A stretch of 64,000 nt of DNA, from assembly GCA_020201035.1 (NCBI GenBank), contig JAIVHO010000038.1, positions 72,165 through 136,164 on the forward strand, read 5' to 3'. Under the pieces are notes generated by a model. It was given only the letters and a program-made list of their open reading frames with translations, made no database searches and was not told the origin of the DNA. Of the stretch, positions 49,407 through 57,613 are shown piece after piece. Source of the stretch: Bacteroidales bacterium. GTDB lineage: Bacteria; Bacteroidota; Bacteroidia; Bacteroidales; VadinHA17. The translations under genes and the position numbers were made by a program. Positions within the stretch are counted from its first letter, which is position 1, and every line of letters starts with the position of its first letter.

Positions 49407-52361
49407 CTACCTCTGGTTGTCATGAAAATCCTTTCGCCTCTCATATTTCAAGTCCTGAAGCACACTCGCCTTGACCCTTATTGTAAAGTTCCATTGCTGC
49501 AGGTAACCAATAGGAACCCAGTTAAAACTCATATCCCAGCAGTGCAGGTCACGGGTGATACCGATATTACTCATGGTAATCTTCTTCTGAGTGAGATCAT
49601 AACCTGTCTGGTAGGTGATGGCAAGATTATCTGTAAGCTTCAGATCACCATTTATTGAAAATTGCTGCTGTATCGTTGATTCATCCCTCGGTTTGGAATA
49701 GAAGAAGGTATAGGAGAAGCGCAGCGACCAGGGTGCATCGAAAAGGGCATATCCGTATTTATCAAACATACTGTTATCTGAAGCAGCTGCTGGCCCCTCC
49801 TCACGTCCCGGGATACCCTCCATGGCTCCTCCATTTTCACCGGGTCCTGCCTCCTGCAACGCTCCGGTGTCCGGTGGCCGGTTTCCTGTATTACCCGTAA
49901 GGTTATCTATTATTCTTCCCAGGTCAAATCCCACACTTACATTAAACGATGTGAGTCGGGCCGGAACCCTGTTCACACTCCATGAGGAGCGATTGATCCT
50001 TCTGAACAGAGAGTCCTGGGCATATGGATCGAACGATCCGTTTGCAGATATATCAATCTCCTTCATCAGGCGGGTACGCATTGTCATCCTGACAGGAGAC
50101 CAGCCCAGTGAATCGGCAAAAATATTATAAGATGTATTAAACCCGAGGTTATCAATGATTTTGACCTTTTCACCCTGACCGGTAGTGTCATTACGGCTTC
50201 TGACTTTTGCTTCTATAATATTGGTGAGTGAAAAACTGAGGTTTCCGCTGCGGTTCGAGAGTGATGGGGTACCGTAAATATTACCGCTATAGATTGAATA
50301 CTCCTGCATAGTGCCAAGAGTATCTGTCTGGACGCTACGGTACATATCCGATGAGAGCCCCTCTATCGCAGGCACCATCGAAAAGCTTACGGAGGGTTTA
50401 ACTACATGACGAATAGCAATAATCCGTGACTGCGGTCTTGTAAAACTGTACATACCAAAAATCTGGGGCGAATAGGATGCTGATATCTGAGGGTTTATAG
50501 CCTGCCCGTAGAAGAGTCCGGAGAGCTGATTCTCCACTACCCTGCTTATTGTATCATTGGTCAGAGGGTCATAAAACTCTTCAACCCACTCCCTTTCGAT
50601 CTTTCTGGTATACATTACACCAGAATAACGTACCTGCGGCGAGATTGTAAAGTTATTGAAGGGGCGTATGGGTATTGAGACGGGAATCTCATGTTTGAAT
50701 CCGTTGTCCATATTGTTCCAAACCTCATTTGTAAAGAGCAGGGAATCAGTAGTATTGATCCTGTTATCCAGGCTTGCTGTGTATTGCAGCTGCAGCTCCT
50801 GCCACCATTTTGTTGATCCTCCGCTTTTGGGTTTCAGCGGGTAGAGTCTGCTTGCACTGAATGTCATCTTCGGAAGATTAACCGTAACAGACTTGTTTGC
50901 GGTATTCTGGCTGTGATTAAAACTGGCTGCGAAATTGAACGGGGTTCCTGCCCAGGTCTTTGAGTAACTGATGCTGGAACTTTTGGTTGTGGTAACATGT
51001 TCATTAACGGTATAACTGTTCTCCCTGTCAAAACCACTCGAGCTCATATTTACGCTTGCCGAGAGTCTTGATCCTGGTCTGGCCTTGGCATCCTGAGAAT
51101 GACTCCACCTTATTGAATAGTTAGGATTCCTTGAATAGTTCTCCAGACCCTTGTAGCCTGTGACATTACTGGCATAGGTAAATCCAAAGTTGCCACTGAA
51201 TTTATAACGCTTCCTGTAGTTTGTGGCGATAGCCGAACGCCATGATCCGTTGGTATAGATATCACCTGTAAGCCTGAGATCAAAATAATCACTTATGGCA
51301 AAGTAGTATCCACCCTCTTTCAGGAAGAACCCGCGGTTACGCTCCTCACCGTATTTTGGCATTACAATTCCTGATGCCACCTTCTGCTGTACGGGAAAAA
51401 AGCCAAACGGCAATATCAGCGGCAGAGGGATATCCTCAAGCACAAGATATGCAGGGCCGGATATTATCTTCTCACCGGGGATCACTTTTGCCTTGTTAAG
51501 ACTGACATAGAAATGGGGATGCTCTGCATCACATGTGGTGTATTTGCTCCCTCCTGCATGAAGGGAACCGTCATTGTGCATCTTTGTTATGCCGCTGTGA
51601 AGATAGCCACCCTCCTGCTCTGTCCTTATATTTTTAATAATGGCCTGTCGGGTCTTGAAGTTATATACCAGTTCACGCGACTCAAACTCCTGGCTCCCCT
51701 CCCTGAAGACAGGCGTGTCAACCCAGTTGCCGGCTGAATCCTGCCTGCCCCTTGCAAAGACCTCACCTGTTGCAAGGTCAATATCCATATAATAGGCATT
51801 CAGAAATATATCACCATATGTAGCTGTAGCATTGTTAACAAGATAAACCTTCTGTGTGGCCAGATCGCTGTGGATAGTATCAGTTGCATTGTATACTATT
51901 GGAATGTCAATGGCATCATCAGAAAGAAGCAAAGTACCTGTTGTAAGGGTGTCCTGACTCAGCAGGGTGTCCTGACTCAGCAGGGTGTCCCTCCCATGGA
52001 TATCCTGCAGTAGCAGGGAATCCCTTCTCAGTGTGTCCTGTAGAAAAACAGCATCATATGTTATCAGTTCATTAGACTGCGGAATAAGAGCCGGTTTATC
52101 AACGGGCAAAAAGGCCTTTAGCAAAAATGGAGCATCGGTAGCAGGCAGAGTTTTACGATGCGGGTAATTAAACAACTCTTTATCCCCACCTGATACTTCT
52201 AACCCGTAATTTATCAAATCTGCATCACGGGCCGGTACGATTGTTGATAAAAAGAGAAATATGATTAAAAGATCTGTTTTGTATGCTAATTTATAATGCA
52301 ACTTAATACTATTTTTGTACTGTTTCCGTACCGTATAAAAAGATCGGATAAAACTAATCAA
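49407..52361 (-). CDS. large outer-membrane protein, LptD-like (Bacteroidota-type putative LPS assembly protein)
   Basis: 984 aa with an N-terminal hydrophobic signal-like region, an OstA-like segment and a long beta-rich region with aromatic-terminated strands. Synteny with an amidase and an MlaD-like gene is common in Bacteroidota, from memory. The start is uncertain; an in-frame TTG about 25 codons downstream is possible. Confidence 0.65.
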   Translation of the reverse strand: MISFIRSFYTVRKQYKNSIKLHYKLAYKTDLLIIFLFLSTIVPARDADLINYGLEVSGGDKELFNYPHRKTLPATDAPFLLKAFLPVDKPALIPQSNELITYDAVFLQDTLRRDSLLLQDIHGRDTLLSQDTLLSQDTLTTGTLLLSDDAIDIPIVYNATDTIHSDLATQKVYLVNNATATYGDIFLNAYYMDIDLATGEVFARGRQDSAGNWVDTPVFREGSQEFESRELVYNFKTRQAIIKNIRTEQEGGYLHSGITKMHNDGSLHAGGSKYTTCDAEHPHFYVSLNKAKVIPGEKIISGPAYLVLEDIPLPLILPFGFFPVQQKVASGIVMPKYGEERNRGFFLKEGGYYFAISDYFDLRLTGDIYTNGSWRSAIATNYRKRYKFSGNFGFTYASNVTGYKGLENYSRNPNYSIRWSHSQDAKARPGSRLSASVNMSSSGFDRENSYTVNEHVTTTKSSSISYSKTWAGTPFNFAASFNHSQNTANKSVTVNLPKMTFSASRLYPLKPKSGGSTKWWQELQLQYTASLDNRINTTDSLLFTNEVWNNMDNGFKHEIPVSIPIRPFNNFTISPQVRYSGVMYTRKIEREWVEEFYDPLTNDTISRVVENQLSGLFYGQAINPQISASYSPQIFGMYSFTRPQSRIIAIRHVVKPSVSFSMVPAIEGLSSDMYRSVQTDTLGTMQEYSIYSGNIYGTPSLSNRSGNLSFSLTNIIEAKVRSRNDTTGQGEKVKIIDNLGFNTSYNIFADSLGWSPVRMTMRTRLMKEIDISANGSFDPYAQDSLFRRINRSSWSVNRVPARLTSFNVSVGFDLGRIIDNLTGNTGNRPPDTGALQEAGPGENGGAMEGIPGREEGPAAASDNSMFDKYGYALFDAPWSLRFSYTFFYSKPRDESTIQQQFSINGDLKLTDNLAITYQTGYDLTQKKITMSNIGITRDLHCWDMSFNWVPIGYLQQWNFTIRVKASVLQDLKYERRKDFHDNQR

Positions 52362-52377
52362 AAATCATGATCATTGC

Positions 52378-53517
52378 ATGAAGAGCAGGATCAAAAATAA
52401 CAAAGAGTATGCCATTCGTGCCCTTATAATAAAGGCTGGAGTTGCGCTGCTGCTTTTTATTGCTCCATTTCTGATTGCTACGGCACAGGATGGGAATGGC
52501 AGCAATGGTGACGGCTGGGTTGTTGTAATTGATCCGGGACATGGTGGGAAAGATCCCGGAACAGTTGGCCGCCGCAGCAGGGAAAAGGATATTGTGCTGG
52601 CAATTGCCCTAAAAACGGGAAACTATATTGAGGAGCTGTTACCCGGTGTAAAGGTTATATATACCCGTAAAACCGATGTTTTCATTGAACTCGACAAAAG
52701 AGCAGATATTGCAAACAAGGCAAAGGCTGATCTTTTTATCTCAATACATGTTAATGCCATATCAGACAGTAGGATAAGGGGGAGTGAGACATTTGCAATG
52801 GGCCTGCATAAAAATGAAGGAAACCTGCAGGTGGCAATGAAGGAAAACTCAGTAATCACACTCGAAAAAGATTATACGACAAAATATCAGGGGTATGACC
52901 CCAACTCCTCTGAGTCTTATATTGCCTTTTCCCTTATGCAGAATATCTATCTGGAGCAGAGTCTCTATTTTGCATCCTTTATCCAGAACCAGTTCAGAGA
53001 AAGAGTTGGGCTGCGCGACAGGGGAGTTAAGCAGGCAGGATTCGTAGTACTTTCTATGACTACCATGCCCAGTGTCCTGGTTGAAGCGGGATTTTCATCA
53101 AACTCTGAGGAAGAGAGGCTGCTGTTGTCGGAACAGGGACAGGATTATATTGCATCTGCAATCTTCCGGGCTTTCAGGGATTATAAGGACGCAGTAGATA
53201 AAAAGAGCGGATTTACGCCGCTAAGAGATGATTTTGGTTTAGCTGACCAGTCACAGATAGACTTCAGGGTTCAGATAGCCACTTCTTCAACCAGGCAGGA
53301 ATTGAAATCAGAAAATTTCGGATCCCTAAGGGAGCTGAGTGAGCTGGTTTCCGGAAAATATTATAAATATGCCAGCGGACATTTTAAGACATACCCGGAA
53401 GCATCAGACTACAGGCGATCAATCTTATCACAATTTCCAGACGCATTTGTTATAGCTGTCAGAAACAGTGAAATAATGCCACTACAGGAGGCCATTGAAG
53501 AGACCGGAAGCAGATAA
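52378..53517 (+). CDS. N-acetylmuramoyl-L-alanine amidase (Amidase_3) with C-terminal SPOR-like domain
   Basis: VVIDPGHGGKDPG, SIHVNA and ETFAMG are Amidase_3 zinc-site contexts. The C-terminal roughly 90 aa (FRVQIATSS...YKYASGHFKTYPEASDYRRSI) resembles SPOR. Confidence 0.88.
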   Translation: MKSRIKNNKEYAIRALIIKAGVALLLFIAPFLIATAQDGNGSNGDGWVVVIDPGHGGKDPGTVGRRSREKDIVLAIALKTGNYIEELLPGVKVIYTRKTDVFIELDKRADIANKAKADLFISIHVNAISDSRIRGSETFAMGLHKNEGNLQVAMKENSVITLEKDYTTKYQGYDPNSSESYIAFSLMQNIYLEQSLYFASFIQNQFRERVGLRDRGVKQAGFVVLSMTTMPSVLVEAGFSSNSEEERLLLSEQGQDYIASAIFRAFRDYKDAVDKKSGFTPLRDDFGLADQSQIDFRVQIATSSTRQELKSENFGSLRELSELVSGKYYKYASGHFKTYPEASDYRRSILSQFPDAFVIAVRNSEIMPLQEAIEETGSR

Positions 53518-53560
53518 CACATAACTGTACCAATCTCTAAAACATAAAAATATAATAATA

Positions 53561-53700
53561 AAACGAACATGATATTTTTTAAGCTTAAATATCACAAAAG
53601 AATATGTTTAAAAAATATTATGCGAGAGCGAAGCGGTTCCATTCGTTCTCAAATTTTTAATTAACTTCTTGTCAGGTAATTACAAAATTTCAAACGTATG
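53561..53700 (+). repeat. 140-bp intergenic element, copy B (ends on the ATG of the MlaD-like gene)
   Basis: See copy A. The hairpin is at 53624-53650 (9-bp stem including one G-U pair, 9-nt loop). Confidence 0.9.
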
Positions 53701-54648
53701 AAAAAAATATCCCCGGAAGTCAAAACAGGTGTAATTGCCATTTTAACAATAGCGGCCTTCATATGGCTTTACAGTTTCCTGAAAGGTCATAACCTGTTCA
53801 GCAGAACAGACAGCTACACTGTTATATATGAAAACATTGCCGGACTGGAAGGATCGAGTCCGGTAGAGATAAATGGCTTTAAAGCCGGAGTGGTCAATAA
53901 CGTAAAACTTATGAATGACGGTTCCGGAAGAATAGCTGTTGGCTTCAGTATACTGAAAGACTTCCGGATACCGGAAGGGTCAGTTGCAGAAATTACCACT
54001 GCAACCCTGATTGCCGGTATGAAGATAAGAATGGTAATGGCAGACAACAGCACCGGATACTACCAAAGGGGAGATACAATCCCGGGCAGGGTTGCTGTTT
54101 CCATTCTGGACAAGGCGGAGCAGCAGTTTGAGCCGGTAATGATGAAGGTAGACTCACTTTTATACCATCTGTCGATTGCAATGGAGAGAATTAACTCCAT
54201 CATGACGGAAGAATTTGCATCTGACCTCGCCGAAACAAACAGCAACATTGCTTCAGCAACAGGGTCACTTGAAGTGATGCTCGCAGGTACAGAGGAGTCC
54301 TTTCCCTCTCTTATTGAGGGAATAGACCGATTCACGGCAATGCTCAATAACAACAGCAACAATATAGACGAAACTATCAGCAACCTGAAATCAATCAGTG
54401 ACACCATTGCCGCTGCCGATATTTACGGTGCAGTAATCAATCTCAGAAATAATCTTGATCAGACAAACAGTTTGCTTACGAAAATTAATAATGGCGAAGG
54501 AAGTGCAGGGATGGTATTTAATGATGACTCCCTTTACCTAAATCTTTCAGCAAGCCTTGAAAGCCTGAACAGTTTGCTTAACGACCTCCGGGAGAACCCC
54601 GGAAATTATGTCCACTTTTCACTTTTCGGCCGAAAAACAGAGAAGTAA
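53698..54648 (+). CDS. MlaD/MCE-domain protein
   Basis: 316 aa with an N-terminal TM helix, then the MCE domain (YTVIYENIAGLEGSSPVEINGFKAGVVNNVKL) and a coiled-coil-like C-terminus. Confidence 0.8.
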   Translation: MKKISPEVKTGVIAILTIAAFIWLYSFLKGHNLFSRTDSYTVIYENIAGLEGSSPVEINGFKAGVVNNVKLMNDGSGRIAVGFSILKDFRIPEGSVAEITTATLIAGMKIRMVMADNSTGYYQRGDTIPGRVAVSILDKAEQQFEPVMMKVDSLLYHLSIAMERINSIMTEEFASDLAETNSNIASATGSLEVMLAGTEESFPSLIEGIDRFTAMLNNNSNNIDETISNLKSISDTIAAADIYGAVINLRNNLDQTNSLLTKINNGEGSAGMVFNDDSLYLNLSASLESLNSLLNDLRENPGNYVHFSLFGRKTEK

Positions 54649-54900
54649 CCACAAACTGAAGAACTGCAGAGCTGCAATCTGTTGTCTATCAAACCACACA
54701 ATCGTAACGCTCTGTATTCGTGATTATTACGCTCATAATGTTTTTTCATGCCGATAAGAGGCTGAACCATAACACCATAAAATGTTTTCTTAAAAATCAA
54801 GGAAAAAAAATTTTTTTTTTACAGTTTTTTTTTACAAATATTGTGACTGATTTAAGAATCAGGCCCAGATTGCCGAACAACATTTTAATCAACTACCTAC

Positions 54901-56331
54901 ATGAATAAGACTCATCATGAAGTATGGAATAACTGTCTCAACATCATCCGGGACATTATTCCATCTATCAGTTTTAAGACCTGGTTTGAGCCCATTATAC
55001 CTTTAAAACTGCACAATAACATCCTTACCATTCAGGTTCCCAGCCCTTTCTTTTATGAATACCTGGAAGAGCAGTATATAGATATATTAAGGAAGACCAT
55101 CAGGCGTGAACTGGGAAATGATGCAAAGCTTGAATACAATGTTGTAATGGAAAATACTCAGTTCAGTGACGGGAAACCATATACTGTAAAATATCCTTCA
55201 CGCAACAAGGCTGAACTGACAAATATGCCAGTCTCAGTACCCTATGAGGCAGCACAGTCTTCAATAAAAAATCCGTTCGTTATTCCGGGCATTAAAAAGG
55301 TTCACTTTGATCCGCGGCTCAATCCCGATTACTCTTTCCAGAACTATATAGAGGGTGATTGTAACCGTCTGGCACGTTCGGCAGGAATAGCCGTTGGAAA
55401 CAACCCCGGGGGTACAGCCTTCAATCCGCTGATGATCTATGGTGACTCAGGACTGGGGAAGACGCACCTTGCCCAGGCGATAGGTATCCAGGTAAAAGAA
55501 CAGCTCCCTGACAAGATCGTCCTTTATGTTAATGCAAATAAATTCCAGACCCAGTTCGTTGAGTCAATCCGCAACAACAACCGTAATGATTTCCTTCACT
55601 TCTACCAGATGATTGATGTGCTTATACTGGATGATGTACAGGAGTTTGCAGGCAAGGAGAAGACCCAGGACACCTTCTTCCACATATTCAACCATCTTCA
55701 CCAGAGCGGAAAACAGCTGATACTCACCTGCGACAGGCCACCCGTTGAACTTCAGGGCATGGAACAAAGGCTTCTTTCCAGATTTAAATGGGGACTGCTG
55801 GCAGATCTCCAGAAGCCAGACTACGAAACCCGACTGGCAATTCTGAAAAAGAAGGCCTACAATGATGGTATTGAGCTCGATGAGGATATTTTCGAGTACC
55901 TGGCAACAAATGTTACAAACAACATCAGAGAGCTGGAGGCTGTACTCATCTCACTCTATGCACAGTCAACACTTAACAGAAAAGAGATAACTCTCGAGCT
56001 TGCAAGGCAGATGATTGACAAGCTTGTTAAGCATACTGCCAGAGAGATAACCATTGACTATATACAGAAAATTGTATGCGAATATTACCGCATACCTGTT
56101 GACCTGATGCAGAGTAAAACCAGAAAGAGGGAGATTGTGCAGGCCAGACAGGTTTCAATGTTCTTCAGTAAAAACCTCACCAAGTCATCACTTGCCAGTA
56201 TAGGATCTCAGATAGGTGGCAAGGATCACGCTACGGTGCTTCACGCCTGCAAGACAGTCAATAATCTTATTGATACTGACAAGCATTTCAGGCACCAGAT
56301 AGCTGAAATTGAAAAAAAGATAAAAGTATAG
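54901..56331 (+). CDS. dnaA: chromosomal replication initiator protein
   Basis: 476 aa with AAA+ motifs (GDSGLGKTHL, LILDDVQ), box VII, and the C-terminal DNA-binding domain (RKREIVQARQVSMFFSKNLT...IGGKDHATVLHACK). Confidence 0.95.
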   Translation: MNKTHHEVWNNCLNIIRDIIPSISFKTWFEPIIPLKLHNNILTIQVPSPFFYEYLEEQYIDILRKTIRRELGNDAKLEYNVVMENTQFSDGKPYTVKYPSRNKAELTNMPVSVPYEAAQSSIKNPFVIPGIKKVHFDPRLNPDYSFQNYIEGDCNRLARSAGIAVGNNPGGTAFNPLMIYGDSGLGKTHLAQAIGIQVKEQLPDKIVLYVNANKFQTQFVESIRNNNRNDFLHFYQMIDVLILDDVQEFAGKEKTQDTFFHIFNHLHQSGKQLILTCDRPPVELQGMEQRLLSRFKWGLLADLQKPDYETRLAILKKKAYNDGIELDEDIFEYLATNVTNNIRELEAVLISLYAQSTLNRKEITLELARQMIDKLVKHTAREITIDYIQKIVCEYYRIPVDLMQSKTRKREIVQARQVSMFFSKNLTKSSLASIGSQIGGKDHATVLHACKTVNNLIDTDKHFRHQIAEIEKKIKV

Positions 56332-56333
56332 GG

Positions 56334-57497
56334 ATGGATCTGAAAAAACTCAAAGAGCAATTCAGGAGCATCTACATTAACAGGACCGAAGAGGCTCCTG
56401 TTTTTTTCTCCCCCGGCAGGGTAAACCTGATAGGGGAACACACAGATTATAATGATGGATTTGTTCTCCCCTGTGCCTTGAACTACGGTACCTATCTTCT
56501 GGCACTTCCAAACGGGGAGGGTAAACTGAGGCTCCGTACCCTTAATTTTGATTATCACCAGGAGTCGGATACAGCAAATTTTGAGCGCAATATGGAGAGT
56601 GAATGGGTAAACTACCCACTTGGTGTTGCAGATCAGTTCAGGCAGAAAGGAATCTCCCTACCGGGTCTTGATATGCTCTTCTGGGGTGATATACCCAACG
56701 GGGCCGGACTCTCCTCTTCAGCATCCATCGAGATGGTAACGGCAGTTGCACTTAACCATTTCAGCCAGGCAGAAATCTCCACGCTTGAGCTGGTAAAATT
56801 GAGTCAGCGGGCTGAGCATGAGTTCGCGGGTATGAATTGCGGTATAATGGATCAGTTTGCCGTTGGTTTCGGTGAGAAGGATAAGGCGCTTTTCCTCAAT
56901 TGCGGAAACCTGAAATATGACACTGTTCCCCTGGTGCTGGAGGGATATGACCTGATTATTGTAAACTCGAACAAGAGGCGGGGACTTACAGACTCAAAAT
57001 ATAATGAACGAAGGAGAGAGTGTGAGGAAGCGTTAAGAATTCTTCATCCGGTGACAGGAGTGAAATCTCTCTCGGAGCTGGGACCCGACTCTCTTGAACT
57101 GGTTGAGAAAAGCATAGCCAGCGATGTCATTAAGCGCAGAGCTATCCATGTGATTACGGAAAATGCACGGGTAATGGAGGCAGTTGGACTGCTTTACAAG
57201 GGTGATATTGAAGGTGTGGGAAGGCTTATGTACCAGTCGCACGACTCTCTCAGGGATAATTACGAGGTAACAGGCATAGAGCTTGATACACTTGCCCGGG
57301 GTGCAAGGGAAACTGAGGGAGTTGTGGGAGCACGTATGACCGGGGCAGGATTTGGCGGATGTACCGTCAATATTGTGAAAAAAGATGCTACTGCTGACTT
57401 TATCACCTCTCTTGGAAAAATCTATCAGGAGGCGACCGGACTGGAAGCCACATTTTACATGCCATCCACTGAAGGCGGAGCAAGAAGGATTTCCTGA
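56334..57497 (+). CDS. galK: galactokinase
   Basis: 387 aa with the galactokinase signature GRVNLIGEHTDYNDGFVLP and the GHMP ATP motif PNGAGLSSSAS. Confidence 0.93.
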   Translation: MDLKKLKEQFRSIYINRTEEAPVFFSPGRVNLIGEHTDYNDGFVLPCALNYGTYLLALPNGEGKLRLRTLNFDYHQESDTANFERNMESEWVNYPLGVADQFRQKGISLPGLDMLFWGDIPNGAGLSSSASIEMVTAVALNHFSQAEISTLELVKLSQRAEHEFAGMNCGIMDQFAVGFGEKDKALFLNCGNLKYDTVPLVLEGYDLIIVNSNKRRGLTDSKYNERRRECEEALRILHPVTGVKSLSELGPDSLELVEKSIASDVIKRRAIHVITENARVMEAVGLLYKGDIEGVGRLMYQSHDSLRDNYEVTGIELDTLARGARETEGVVGARMTGAGFGGCTVNIVKKDATADFITSLGKIYQEATGLEATFYMPSTEGGARRIS

Positions 57498-57565
57498 TTG
57501 CCTGCACCCTGCAAATCAGCCGGGAGAGGTATCACCAGATTCCAGTCAACTGATTACTTTTTACC

Positions 57566-57613
57566 AATACTGATCAGCGATTCCCTGCCAGCAATTACTG
57601 ATCAGCGATTCCC
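57566..57613. repeat. tandem duplication (period about 27 bp) of the 3' end and stop codon of the 57602-60433 gene
   Basis: AATACTGATCAGCGATTCCC (57566-57585) and AATTACTGATCAGCGATTCCC (57593-57613). The second copy holds the real TGA stop (57602-57604, minus strand) and the last three codons. Confidence 0.7.

Noticed and set aside
49178-53700. Composite transposon or mobile island bounded by the 140-bp inverted repeats
   Set aside because: There is no transposase, integrase or recombinase inside or nearby. The cargo is core envelope genes in the synteny usual for Bacteroidota. The repeats also end precisely on start codons of flanking genes, which fits regulatory DNA better than transposon ends.
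54649-54900. Calling oriC upstream of dnaA
   Set aside because: AT tracts are present, but I could not find DnaA boxes with fewer than 2-3 mismatches. Without GC-skew computation the call would be unsupported, so it is kept only as a low-interest question.
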